Positions 21,761-31,794 of a stretch of 64,000 nucleotides of DNA are shown in pieces. The notes beneath the pieces were generated by a model, which did no database searches, was not told the DNA's origin, and saw nothing but the letters and a program-made list of their open reading frames with translations. The first letter of the stretch is position 1. Every line of letters begins with the position of its first letter. The position numbers and the translations under genes were made by a program. Location of the stretch: the NCBI GenBank assembly GCA_963836235.1, contig CAWIIP010000001.1, forward strand, positions 352,001 to 416,000. Reading direction: 5' to 3'. The DNA comes from an uncultured Pseudomonadota bacterium (lineage in GTDB: Bacteria; Oederibacteriota; Muellerivitia; Muellerivitales; Muellerivitaceae).

Positions 21761-23739
21761 TTAAGACTTTTTTCATCTCTTGGTAGTTCAGGTTCGATAT
21801 TAAAAACCGAAGATATCTTTATGACCGCATTCCAAATCGCAAGACGCATCCCTAAATTTTCATCCTCGACATACTGATTCAATTCGTTCAAAGAGTCTTT
21901 ATTACCTACATCCGACAACAGATTCGCGGCATTGATTCGGATTTCATCATCTTTGTTGTTCAAGGTTTTATAAAGAAGTTGCAAATAATTAGCATAGTTA
22001 GACCTCAAATTCATTGAGATCGGACCATAAAAAGAAGAGCCGCCATCTCCTTTAGTTTGGGTTTCGACTCCCGCGGCGATCAAATCGAACGCCTGTCCGA
22101 AGCCGAAAACATCAGGACGGAGCAACACATGAGCAAAGACGAACTTGCGAAAAGCCGACGATCGGTTCCAAAACGGTGTTAAACCATAATAACCGTCTAG
22201 GGCATCGTCTCGAACTCCGGATAAAAACAAATCTTGCAAGACTTGTTTTTTTTGTTTTTCATATTTTTTATCCGCGAACTTGTCCAAACCGGCAATGATC
22301 GTATTTCTTTGGCCGACCCCATCTTTATAGTTTTCGATGAACTTGACGTGGGCCTCGAACGATTTCTCGCCGCCCAAAGTGCTCAAAACGTTCCAGTATT
22401 GATAAGAAAAATGTGGTTCTCCGTTCAAGAAACGCTCGGCCAATTCATCCGCTATACGCGTATTTCCCTCCGTGATCAATATCTTTTCCGCGCTACTCAT
22501 CGAATCATTCGCGTCATTGGTCAAGATTTCCGAAACCGCGTTCTGAAGCGAGGCGTTTTCATTTTTTATTCCCGGCTCCAAAAACTTATCATGGACGACC
22601 ATATCCACTTCCCGAACACGAAAGTAGCCGTCATCGGCGATATATAAATTGCCCCAACGGTCCACGGTGATCCCCGCGGGGGGCCACATCGCGGCGGAGA
22701 TGGCGGGTACACCATCGTTCATATCGCCCTGCAATCCGTTTTTTCCTGCCACCACCGTGATAAGTCCATCAACGTCCACTTTTCGTACGTTGTATTTATA
22801 TTCATCTTGGATATAAAAATTACCGAACCGGTCCGTCGCCAAGTTGATGGGTGACATCGCCGCCATTGTCGCCAGGCCATCATCCCCCGAATATTCAGTA
22901 ACACCCGTACCCGCCACGGTCGTGATAGTTCCATCCTGATCGATTTTCCTGATGCGATGATTTTGGTAGTCAACGAACAAAAGATCCCCGGAAGAATCAA
23001 AAACCATTTTGGCTGGAAGGTTGACCTCCGCGTTGATTGCTGGTCCCCCGTCGCCGCTAAACCCTGCGGTTCCATCCCCGCAAACCGTCGTGATGATCCC
23101 ATTTTGTTCGATCTTGCGGATCCGATTGTTATAGGAGTCGGAAATATATATGTCACCGTTCTGATCCACGGCGATACCGCTCACCCAATTCACCTTTGAT
23201 TGTGTCGCGGGGCCTCCATCACCTGAATAACCTGACACGCCACAACCTGCCACGGTGGAGATTAGGTCATTGGTATCCACTTTTCTCACCAAATAATTTC
23301 TAGCGTCACTGAAATATAGATTATTTTGACCGTCGGTGGTCAATGCACAAGGATTGTTCAAAGGCACCCAGATCGCTGGATTCGTTTGACCAGGACCCGA
23401 AGCCCCACATTTTCCATTTCCCGCTATGGTTCTAATGATTCCATGAGCATCAATTTTTCGAATACGGCAATTATCAAAATCGGAAATATAGATGCTGCCT
23501 GAAGAATCAGAACAAATCCCGATGATTTGACCCAAACCGGCGTTTTTGGCCGGCCCTCCATCGCCCGAATAACCAAAACCCATACCTGCAATGGTTTTTA
23601 TAATCGGTATATGTTTCTTGGGATTGTCCGCCTTCAATTTAATTTCGTCAGCCGCACAAATACTGGCTGAAAATAAAAAACAGAAAATAAAAAAAATCAT
23701 ATAACCTTTCAATTTCAAATAAATCTCCCTTAAATATCA

Positions 23740-23771
23740 TCTATCCACTACGGATCCCCGTCGCGGACAAC
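23740..23771 (+). repeat. 32-bp palindromic site, copy 2
   Basis: TCTATCCACTACGGA-TC-CCCGTCGCGGACAAC. Confidence 0.8.
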
Positions 23772-23816
23772 CTTTTCATCGGTTCACGTATTCTTTATTC
23801 TCTTCGTACCTTTTAA

Positions 23817-24269
23817 TTATTTTCCATCAAACTCTATTTGGGTTGATTTTAACTTTATCATTTTCAAGATTTCCCTGATGGTTTTCCTAGAAAATGGCTT
23901 GCCTATAAAAAGGGGCGCGTAGGGTTTCATTTCTTTGTAATAAATATCCACTCCACGAAGAATACCCTCATGAGGTGTAACCTTTGTAATGTCCGTCCAT
24001 TGAACCCGTCGAACAAATTTTTTGTAGCTAAAAAATGAATATTCGAGCGCCTCATCATCGATCTTAATCTGAGATGTCCAATAAATAAATCCATAGATTA
24101 CCCAGCCAAATCCCCCTAGCAAGAAAAACAAAATAATCAAAAGATAATTTTTTAAATATAACCCGATTACGAAGGGAAAAATAAAATTAGAAATCAATAA
24201 CGCTGAAGAGAAGCACAAAGAACCTATTGAGCTTCGATAAACGGTTAATAATCTTAAATTTTCATTCAT
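23817..24269 (-). CDS. Small membrane protein (2 TM plus PH-like domain), cassette cargo
   Basis: 150 aa from ATG 24269; AT-rich; bounded by sites at 23740 and 24284. Confidence 0.65.
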   Translation of the reverse strand: MNENLRLLTVYRSSIGSLCFSSALLISNFIFPFVIGLYLKNYLLIILFFLLGGFGWVIYGFIYWTSQIKIDDEALEYSFFSYKKFVRRVQWTDITKVTPHEGILRGVDIYYKEMKPYAPLFIGKPFSRKTIREILKMIKLKSTQIEFDGK

Positions 24270-24283
24270 AAAGCCCTTTTCGA

Positions 24284-24315
24284 TTGGTCCACCCAATCTC
24301 CCCGTAAGGAACAAC
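24284..24315 (+). repeat. 32-bp palindromic site, copy 3
   Basis: TTGGTCCACCCAATC-TC-CCCGTAAGGAACAAC. Confidence 0.7.
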
Positions 24316-24351
24316 CTTTAGAAGCTATTTTAGCCAAATGTCGAAAAAAGT

Positions 24352-24383
24352 ATTGTTTACTCCGGGTCCCCGTCGTGGACAGC
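24352..24383 (+). repeat. 32-bp palindromic site, copy 4
   Basis: ATTGTTTACTCCGGG-TC-CCCGTCGTGGACAGC. Confidence 0.8.
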
Positions 24384-24393
24384 AAATTCGTTA

Positions 24394-24993
24394 TTAAACA
24401 ACGGATGGCCGGTTTAAATTAAAAATATCAATCCGCTTTTCTTCAAAGAGGTTTTCCAATTTCTTCGCCCCCTCATTTTCCACCAACCTGTATTCCTTTT
24501 CGGATATCGGGACAACCAATAGCCAAGTTAATTTCATGGTTTCAAGTTGGATTGTCTTATTGAGTTTGGCTGACCCTTCCCATGAGGAAGGTGGAGCGAA
24601 GAACACATGCCGGAGAGTTTTGGAGGCTTTATACATCGATACAACATCAGGGAATACCGCGCCCGGACAACAAAACCATTTTGAATTAATGACCGAAAAC
24701 GCAGCCGTCGCCAATATGTTTTCGAAATCCTTAAAATTCGATCCACAAGCTCCTACCAATTCCACCCTTGTATCAAATTCTTTTCCATCTTTTATTAAAG
24801 GATAATCTGATAAGCCTAACGTCCCATAAGAAGTGACCCCCACCTGCGGCTTATCAATACTTTTAAAAATATTAACGAATGATTTTTCCTTCTCATCCCC
24901 ATGGAGTATCACCCGTGGATCACCACCAAAAGTTTCTACCAGCGTTTTATATATCTCTTTTTGATCTTTGGTCGGCTTATCATTACGTTTCAT
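24394..24993 (-). CDS. Suppressor-of-fused (SUFU) domain protein, immunity-like
   Basis: SYGTLGLS, RVELV and WLLVVPISEKE motifs; bounded by sites at 24352 and 25013. Confidence 0.85.
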   Translation of the reverse strand: MKRNDKPTKDQKEIYKTLVETFGGDPRVILHGDEKEKSFVNIFKSIDKPQVGVTSYGTLGLSDYPLIKDGKEFDTRVELVGACGSNFKDFENILATAAFSVINSKWFCCPGAVFPDVVSMYKASKTLRHVFFAPPSSWEGSAKLNKTIQLETMKLTWLLVVPISEKEYRLVENEGAKKLENLFEEKRIDIFNLNRPSVV

Positions 24994-26276
24994 CTAATAT
25001 TCCTTTTAATTCTTTGTCCACGATGGGTCCCCCTCGTGGACAGGTCAAATTGGTGGGAATTGTTGTTCCTTTTGGTCCAATTGAAAACCATTTTCTCCAA
25101 CCGCCTCAAGTAGGATTCCGAAAACAACATTTTCAGTTCCTTCCGCAGAAAATCCTCCTTCTCTTGGGGAAGCCCCAATAGGAGAGCAGTCCCATAGATC
25201 ACCATTTCAGCCGAAAGACGGTGATAACTGGTGGAAGCCTCAAAGTTGCTTCCTTCCTCATGAAATTGGCTTTCAACCTCCTTTCGAAGCTCGGAAGCCG
25301 AGAACCGAAGCCAATGATCCGTGGTCTTGGATGTAGGCAGATAGGCGGAAGCGAAAAGCAGGCCTACGATATCAGCCAAATAATGATTTGAACGAAGGTC
25401 GGGGTCCCATTCCAGGTGATTATAAATATGGGAGGCGTGCGCGAAAACGCTCTTGGCAAAAGCTTTCTTAAAAGACTCATCCCAAACAACGCCAAAGACA
25501 ACGAATAGATCGTAAGCCAGAAGCCAATTAGCCACTCGAATGGCCACATCCATCGTGCAAGACCAATTCACTCCAAAACGGGGTGGATTGGTGGCTGTAA
25601 AATCCAGTATCTGATTACGAAATTCACTGCGCAAAACCTCTTTTTTCCCTTGGTCTTGGGACAGGCCGAAGGCCAAGGCCAATTGAGGCAGGTGCTGGGC
25701 CCGGGCCAGTTCCCAAGGCACCTTCACATCCACCCCCGGAAGACGGCCATAACGGACGTTCGGGCTCCAAGTTTTTTCATCCCATCGGAACCCCGATTTG
25801 AAATCCAATTGCCAGTCGATAGGACTATAATTTTGTTCGATCAGACCCCACAAACGCCGGGACGTTTCCATGTTTGCCGGATTTATCCTTCCTATTAGCC
25901 ATCGACCCTCCGAATCGGCCGTGACCGGAACCTCAGGAGGAAACCGGTGACCTTCGACTCCTTTGCAATCTAAGCCGTAGGCGACCCGGACCCATCCCGA
26001 ACCCAGCAAATTAAACTCGTGATGGATGAAATGCTCCGTGTGGTCCCGGATAAGTCCGACAGGAAATAGAGCAGGATCGGGAAAAAGGCCCTTTATGATG
26101 GAGACCAGAGGCCCTTCCGGAAAGCGGGTCCGAGGTTTAAAGGTTGAGCTTTGGGCATCCTCCCTCCGTCTCCAGGTTTCCCAATAACGGATTTTAACTT
26201 TCCGGATAGCCTTCCGCACAACTATATGTGGCGGCATGGAGACGGCTCGTTTTATATAATGGAAAAAATTTTTCAA
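24990..26276 (-). pseudogene. Heparinase II/III-family protein, N-terminal part only
   Basis: IDWQLDFKSG, DVKVPWELAR, SNHYLAD, FEASTSYHRL. The C-terminal domain is missing and the ORF reads through a half-site and site 5. Confidence 0.75.
25013..25044 (+). repeat. 32-bp palindromic site, copy 5
   Basis: TTTGTCCACGATGGG-TC-CCCCTCGTGGACAGG. Confidence 0.88.
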
Positions 26277-26288
26277 CCGCGTCTCTCT

Positions 26289-27578
26289 TCAAACTAAGTT
26301 TTTAGGCTGTTTTAACCATTGACTGCTGATCATTCGGTTCTGATGATTTCCCCCAGGTTGGTACCATCGCTCCAAGGCCCAACAGGCCATCCGAGCCGAA
26401 AAAATCCAACCCGTGACATACGTCCCAATCACGTAAAAATCCCACGGGGATACCACTATTCCGTTTGCAGCATAAAATCCAACGCAGACTAGGAAGGGAA
26501 GGATTTCCAAAATCGGAGGTTTGACCCAAAAAACCAGGACCAAACCGATAACCATACAACGAATGAGTTTAACCCGCATATAAAACAATTTAGCCAATGC
26601 CTGGTGAAGAACAAAACCGGGATGTTGGGCCACGATATCCAAAGTCAGCCTTCGCATGACTTCCTCGTATTTCTCCGAATACATGGGCACACTTGGATCA
26701 ATCTTTCGGATAGCCCGGTCACCTGCCCCATCCCCATAAATTGGCTGATAGGGATTGGGAAGATAACCCAGTGCCCCGTAAATGGGGTGCCAAAAGGGAT
26801 GCCGGATGGGCCGAAGGACAAATGAGGGGTTATGGATTCGCAAAAAGGCGTCCCGGTGGTTTGCAAGGATATTGAATTGGATTTGAGGTAAAAAGAACCC
26901 CGTTGCCAAAATGGCCGCCAGTCCCAAACGCCGGCTCCAGGGAATTCCCTCTAAAGACATGAACCAAAAAAAAACGAATAAAAGGACTCCCGTGGAGGAA
27001 TGGATTCTCATCAGTTCCGCGTAGCCCAGGATGATTCCCACGCAGAACAGAACCGCTTGGGCCGCCCACGAACTTTGAAAAGGCCGAACTTTTAAGGACA
27101 CCAGCAGGGGGAGAATGGCCAAGGCTGGGTATCCCTGAATACTAAAGGTGTCGCCTATCGGAACCAACTGACGGAGAGCTGAAAAAACCAACAGAAATGC
27201 CGCGACCCGGGCGGGCCAACTCGGAAAAGCCCTCCAAAAAGACCACAAGGCGATGGCCGTGCAAAAAAAAGGGATCAGGGAAAAAAATAACTTTAGGCTG
27301 AAACTTAAATTCAATCCAAAAATCCGTCCCAAAATCGGCACAAAATAAAATATTCCCGGGTCGTCCAAGGAAATACCGGGAATATAACCGGCGGGAACCC
27401 ATTGGGAATTCACCCAACTGACCAAATCCGGCGCTCCGAGAGAATGGGCGTCAAAACAGCCTTGCAAAAACTGGAGCCGGTTGGGATTGATGTCAAAGTT
27501 CATGGTGAAGAAACGCTGGAGATTGCCAGGAAAAAAAACTTCCAAAAGAGTGTTCATGGTCTCCCTCAATGTATTCAT
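26289..27578 (-). CDS. Multi-pass membrane protein of a polysaccharide locus (GT-C-like)
   Basis: About 10 hydrophobic segments; start overlaps the glycosyltransferase stop (ATGA). Confidence 0.65.
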   Translation of the reverse strand: MNTLRETMNTLLEVFFPGNLQRFFTMNFDINPNRLQFLQGCFDAHSLGAPDLVSWVNSQWVPAGYIPGISLDDPGIFYFVPILGRIFGLNLSFSLKLFFSLIPFFCTAIALWSFWRAFPSWPARVAAFLLVFSALRQLVPIGDTFSIQGYPALAILPLLVSLKVRPFQSSWAAQAVLFCVGIILGYAELMRIHSSTGVLLFVFFWFMSLEGIPWSRRLGLAAILATGFFLPQIQFNILANHRDAFLRIHNPSFVLRPIRHPFWHPIYGALGYLPNPYQPIYGDGAGDRAIRKIDPSVPMYSEKYEEVMRRLTLDIVAQHPGFVLHQALAKLFYMRVKLIRCMVIGLVLVFWVKPPILEILPFLVCVGFYAANGIVVSPWDFYVIGTYVTGWIFSARMACWALERWYQPGGNHQNRMISSQWLKQPKNLV

Positions 27579-28526
27579 GATCTCTCCTTGAGCTTTTCGA
27601 TGATCTTCCGGGTGTGTTCTTTCCAGGTGTACTTGGCTACGCACTCTTCCTGGGCGGCGCGGCCCAGCCGTTCCCGCAGGGGCTGATCCCCGGCCAAAAC
27701 CTTCAGCCCCTCTTTTAAAGAATCCTTATCTCCCGGCTTGACCATCAAGGCCGTTTCATTGGGTTTTAATATTTCCCCGATCTGGTCCAGGTTGGAAGCC
27801 ACAATACCCTTACCCATGGCCATATACTCGAACAACTTGGTGGGTGATCCAAAAAAAGGCGTTCCATCCGGGTTCGGAATATGGGGCGCCACCAGAATAT
27901 CGCAAGCCGCCAGGTAAGCGGGGCCTTCTGCCTGGGGCATGGTACCAGTCAGAACGCAAAGGTCCTTAACATAATACTTCCCGATGATTTCCTTCACCAA
28001 AGGCATGGCGATCCCGTCACCAATCATCAAAAGCCGCGTCTCGTCTCGGAATTTCGTGTCCCCCCGGGCCAGTTCGGCGAAAGCCCGGGCCAGCACTTCC
28101 GCCCCATGCCATTTCCCGAAAGTGCCGATGAAACCCAAAACTTTTTTTCCCTCCAAGCCGTATCTTTTGCGGATGGGGGACCCATCCACTTGCGGCGAAT
28201 ATTTGTCCGTGTCCACCCCGTTGGGATTGACCAGGATTTTTTCCGGATCAATCCCGCGCGCGGTCAGTTCGTCCTTCAGGGGCCTGCTGACCACCACCAC
28301 CAAATCTGCGGCTTGCAGGTTCACCTTCTCGATTTTTTTCGAAAGAGCCTCATACTTTAGGGGTTTTCCCCAGTGGCGGCTCACCCATATTTCGGACCCG
28401 TTATATTCCAGAACGAAGGGAAGTTTCTTCTCGCGGGCCAGCCGGAGCCCCGAATAGTCGTTAAGGCTGTAACGCTGGTAAATGAAGGACAAGGTTTCCT
28501 CCCCGAGGGAGGCCAGGGCCAAAAGG
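27575..28526 (-). pseudogene. GT4 glycosyltransferase, 5'-truncated at the 37-bp repeat
   Basis: FIYQRYS, LEYNGSE, NPNGVD, FFGSPTKLFEYMAMG; no native start or N-terminus. Confidence 0.8.
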
Positions 28527-28895
28527 GTTGCACACTATCCTTTTTGCGACAGGCATGTGCAGGGTCTCACTATCGCGGACAAACAACCATTCAATTCCTT
28601 TAAACCCCATCGAAATGCCATGGGTCAGTTTTACAAACGCTAACCACACCATTAGATTAAGTAAAACTTCAACTGAAATTCCCAATGCCGGTACTTGATC
28701 CATCTTGAGGTGTAACGTCCATAGGAGCGACATACCTAGCAACTTACCAGGCATAAGCCCTAATGCACCAACTCCCCCAAACACGAGCCCGATAACCGAA
28801 TCGTATGGCAAATGAAACAAGTGACTTGGGCACCAACAAAAAAGTTCAGCGACCACCTGCCAAACAATAAATACAGTCCAAAACTTTCGGTTCAT
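28461..28895 (-). CDS. Small membrane protein, cassette cargo; C-terminus runs across the 37-bp repeat
   Basis: MNRKFWTVFIVWQ..., 3-4 TM helices; ends with LHMPVAKRIVCN, which is encoded by the repeat. Confidence 0.55.
   Translation of the reverse strand: MNRKFWTVFIVWQVVAELFCWCPSHLFHLPYDSVIGLVFGGVGALGLMPGKLLGMSLLWTLHLKMDQVPALGISVEVLLNLMVWLAFVKLTHGISMGFKGIEWLFVRDSETLHMPVAKRIVCNPFGPGLPRGGNLVLHLPALQP
28527..28563 (+). repeat. 37-bp hairpin repeat, copy 1
   Basis: GTTGCACACTATCCTTTTTGCGACAGGCATGTGCAGG, identical to 53292-53328. Confidence 0.9.
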
Positions 28896-28935
28896 ATAGT
28901 GCCTTTCAATAATTTGGCTCCCTACGGTAAGCAAC

Positions 28936-28967
28936 CTTGTCCACGAAGGGTCCCCGTCGTGGACAAC
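28936..28967 (+). repeat. 32-bp palindromic site, copy 6 (degenerate tandem copy at 28904-28935)
   Basis: CTTGTCCACGAAGGG-TC-CCCGTCGTGGACAAC. Confidence 0.9.
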
Positions 28968-28983
28968 AAAAGTTTTTTGATGT

Positions 28984-29364
28984 TTACAACTTGTGAAAAG
29001 CCTTCAACTCCCCGTAATAATCCACATAAGCCAGCACCGCCATCAACCCATAGTACCCAACGATCAGCCACCTAGTTTTTTTGAGGTTATTTTTTAACAG
29101 AAGTTCCCAGGTCATTGCAAAAATAAAAGTTTGAACGGGAAAAAAGAAAGGAATCCAATTTTGGGTAAATCCAAAGAACAGCATTGAAAATGGAAAATGC
29201 AAATAGAGGTTCAAGTAAAAGATCATATACCGGCCCCAAAAGGAAGTTCCCATATCAATCAACTTATTTTCCACAACGATAAAGGAAAGGGTTATGTATA
29301 AAAAATCCAACCCCACCCAAAAAATGATATTCTTCCAATTTATTTTTCGAAGTTTTTTAATCAC
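28984..29364 (-). CDS. Small membrane protein, cassette cargo
   Basis: 126 aa, 3-4 TM helices, AT-rich; bounded by sites at 28936 and 29360. Confidence 0.65.
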   Translation of the reverse strand: MIKKLRKINWKNIIFWVGLDFLYITLSFIVVENKLIDMGTSFWGRYMIFYLNLYLHFPFSMLFFGFTQNWIPFFFPVQTFIFAMTWELLLKNNLKKTRWLIVGYYGLMAVLAYVDYYGELKAFHKL

Positions 29365-29391
29365 GAGAACCAGCTCCCCGTTGCGGACTAA
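29360..29391 (+). repeat. 32-bp site, copy 7 (right arm conserved)
   Basis: ATCACGAGAACCAGC-TC-CCCGTTGCGGACTAA; its minus-strand GGAG is positioned as an RBS for GTG 29364. Confidence 0.6.
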
Positions 29392-29450
29392 TTAATTAGC
29401 TTTTCATATACTCAAAAAATTGGTCTCAGGCCGACATTATCCATTTCGGG

Positions 29451-29482
29451 CTTGTCCACGATGGGTCCCCGTCGTGGACAAC
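29451..29482 (+). repeat. 32-bp palindromic site, copy 8
   Basis: CTTGTCCACGATGGG-TC-CCCGTCGTGGACAAC; preceded by an extra left arm ATTATCCATTTCGGG (29436-29450). Confidence 0.9.
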
Positions 29483-29490
29483 TTCAAACA

Positions 29491-30771
29491 TCACTTAACA
29501 ACATAAGAAAAACGGCGTTCCGTTTGGAAATGGAACACGACCTTTCCATCGAATTCATCCAAAAGCCGATCGGACTTCTGGCCGGTCGCCGGTTTCTCAA
29601 CCGTCTCCTGGAGTTCCCAAAGTTTCTCGCCTTTCAGGTTCAATAGGACAGCCGATCTCCCCGCGATCGTTTTTTCCTTGTTCGGCGATTTCAGGAAGCT
29701 GCCCAAAGCGATCATGTCGCCATCCTCATAAGCCCGCCCCTCAACGACCCAAAGGGGGTCCATATCTTTTGGAATAGGGACCTCCAAGATCGTCTTTCCA
29801 TCCTCCGCACGTAAATAAACCACCTTCCCTCGAGCCTTGTCGTAAAAAAGGAGGATGGAATCGTTCTTCACGGCACCTATGAAGAAGGGGTTTGTCCCAA
29901 CCCCGGTTGCTTGGCCGGGAGACCCTTCGATACTCAGCCAGCCTTGGTCCGGCACATTGGCGGCTTCATAGGTGAACAGGATCTTGCCTTCATTGCTGAT
30001 ACCCCACCATTGGTCATTTTTAAGCTTGTAATTACTGGAGCCTGTCAAAAGGCGCCTCCCATCCCCGCTGATCCAATCGAACTCCGCGGGCGCCGGGAAA
30101 GTCTTATGGTCCTTCGGATCATCGGTGGAAACCAGATGGATGGTCACGGGGCCGCGCCACTCGGTCATATAAGCCAGGTATTTCCCATTCTCGGAGAGCA
30201 TCTTGTTCATGACGCCGTCCGCCTCAAAATAGGTCTTTCCCGTGGCATCGCGAAGGGCGAGGCTTTGAAGGGTCCCGTTACGGCCGATGCAATAGGCGAT
30301 GGTGCCCGAGGGCTCGATCATTTTCAAAAAAATGATCGGGTCCGGCCCGCCCGATTCGCTCCAAACTTCCTTGTCACCGTCAAAAAAGGACACCGACGAA
30401 CTCCCCGAGGTGAGCCGACAATTGGTCGTGGACTCCATCCAAAAGGCGTAACGTCTGGGCCTTGAGAAATGGACATAGGCCGACTGGTAGCACCAATCGT
30501 TGTCCCCCTCCGGTTTCGGGTTTTCCACGTTTTTGACCAGACAGTCATCCTCAAGAAAGAACGGTTTCGACTGTCGAATAATGTAACTTTCCTTCCCCAC
30601 TCGCACCGTCACCTCCTTGGCATTCGGCAACACTTCGGTCACTTTCAGAGCCGGAATGTAATGGAAACTAAGTTTATCCAAGGTAGGATCAAGGGCCTGG
30701 GCAAAACTTAATGTCGTTAATAAATAGGTCCAACCAAAATAAAGAAATAGCAATCTCAAATGAAAAGTCAT
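29491..30771 (-). CDS. Secreted hypothetical protein (possible beta-propeller), cassette cargo
   Basis: Signal peptide (SFA); LSENGKYLAY and ISGDGRRLL propeller-like blades; bounded by sites at 29451 and 30830. Confidence 0.65.
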   Translation of the reverse strand: MTFHLRLLFLYFGWTYLLTTLSFAQALDPTLDKLSFHYIPALKVTEVLPNAKEVTVRVGKESYIIRQSKPFFLEDDCLVKNVENPKPEGDNDWCYQSAYVHFSRPRRYAFWMESTTNCRLTSGSSSVSFFDGDKEVWSESGGPDPIIFLKMIEPSGTIAYCIGRNGTLQSLALRDATGKTYFEADGVMNKMLSENGKYLAYMTEWRGPVTIHLVSTDDPKDHKTFPAPAEFDWISGDGRRLLTGSSNYKLKNDQWWGISNEGKILFTYEAANVPDQGWLSIEGSPGQATGVGTNPFFIGAVKNDSILLFYDKARGKVVYLRAEDGKTILEVPIPKDMDPLWVVEGRAYEDGDMIALGSFLKSPNKEKTIAGRSAVLLNLKGEKLWELQETVEKPATGQKSDRLLDEFDGKVVFHFQTERRFSYVVK

Positions 30772-30829
30772 CAAAACACCCCCTCGTTCCGCCACGAAAA
30801 AAGATGCCAGACCACCCTGACCCTTTCGT

Positions 30830-30861
30830 CTTGTCTACTACGGGTCCCCAGTGTGGACAAC
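30830..30861 (+). repeat. 32-bp palindromic site, copy 9
   Basis: CTTGTCTACTACGGG-TC-CCCAGTGTGGACAAC. Confidence 0.85.
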
Positions 30862-30900
30862 TTCCTAAACTTGGCCGGTTATAAGTTTATTCGACAACCA

Positions 30901-31794
30901 TCATTTCCCCTTGCCGTTCAAGGCCTCGAATCCAGAGATGACGTCGAAAAGTTCCTCATCTATTCCGCTTTGGCGCAACCGATGGAAATTAACGTTGAGT
31001 TCCTCCAACAAATCGTCGATGTTTTTATCCGCGCGTTGCATCGCCGCCAGGCGGCTGGCGTTCTCGCTGGCTAGGGATTCGGCGCAGGCCCGAAAGAGGG
31101 AAACGAAAAGGTATCCGTTCAGGAACGCCCGTAAAGTCTCGGCGCCCACGCCCATGACCTCGGGCAGGAATCCCGTCGGCCAGGCGAGGCCGGCAAGCTT
31201 GCGTCTCCAGTTTTCGTCCAGTGGCAGAAGCCGCTGGGTCACGGGCGCGTAAACGGCCCCGGATGTCGGGCGATTGTAGAAAAGGTGGAGTTCGCTGATT
31301 TCACCCTTGTCCCGGCGCGCCTCGCTTTCCATGAGGATCTGCCCGACGAGCGGTGTTATGGCCTTGACGGAATTCGGCACGGTTAATACCCCCATCAACG
31401 GCAGGCCCGCTTCCGTAAGCCGCGCGTAAACACGTTCCCCGACAGCCCAGACCTCGGCTTTGGATGGAAATGCCGAAAGGGTTTTTACGGCGAAATCCGC
31501 AACCACTTCGTTAAATTGACCCACCAGGCCCTGGTCCGAGCCGAAAACGACCGCCCCAATGCCTCCCACTTTTTGTTTCCCGTTCCTTACCTCGACATCG
31601 GAAACCGGCCCGCTTGCCCTGAAGCAAACACCCAAACCCAGTTCAACGGCATGATAGTAGTCGGCCAGGGCTAGAACCGAATTCTCGTATTGCCCGATAC
31701 TGGACGCGGCCACGGCCTTCATTGTTCGGACGACGGATTGAAGATCCCCGGCACCGGCGATCTTTCGACGAAGGCTGGCGGTTGTGTTACTCAC
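30901..31794 (-). CDS. atpG: N-ATPase gamma subunit
   Basis: [34 protein letters not shown]. Confidence 0.93.
   Translation of the reverse strand: MSNTTASLRRKIAGAGDLQSVVRTMKAVAASSIGQYENSVLALADYYHAVELGLGVCFRASGPVSDVEVRNGKQKVGGIGAVVFGSDQGLVGQFNEVVADFAVKTLSAFPSKAEVWAVGERVYARLTEAGLPLMGVLTVPNSVKAITPLVGQILMESEARRDKGEISELHLFYNRPTSGAVYAPVTQRLLPLDENWRRKLAGLAWPTGFLPEVMGVGAETLRAFLNGYLFVSLFRACAESLASENASRLAAMQRADKNIDDLLEELNVNFHRLRQSGIDEELFDVISGFEALNGKGK

Larger units (their letters stand above)
19199..23718 (-). pseudogene. Secreted NHL-repeat plus HEAT-repeat protein (about 936 aa) interrupted by IS1380
   Basis: Signal peptide and teneurin-like NHL repeats (GYSGDGGPA) at 23718-21761; HEAT-like helices at 20051-19199. 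Removing the IS and one TSD restores the frame (...DEKS-LK-WLVD...). Confidence 0.85.

Noticed and set aside
28562-28583. Additional right half-site next to the 37-bp repeat (GGGTCTCACTATCGCGGACAAA)
   Set aside because: Needs a 2-nt insertion to align and lies in coding sequence; possibly chance.
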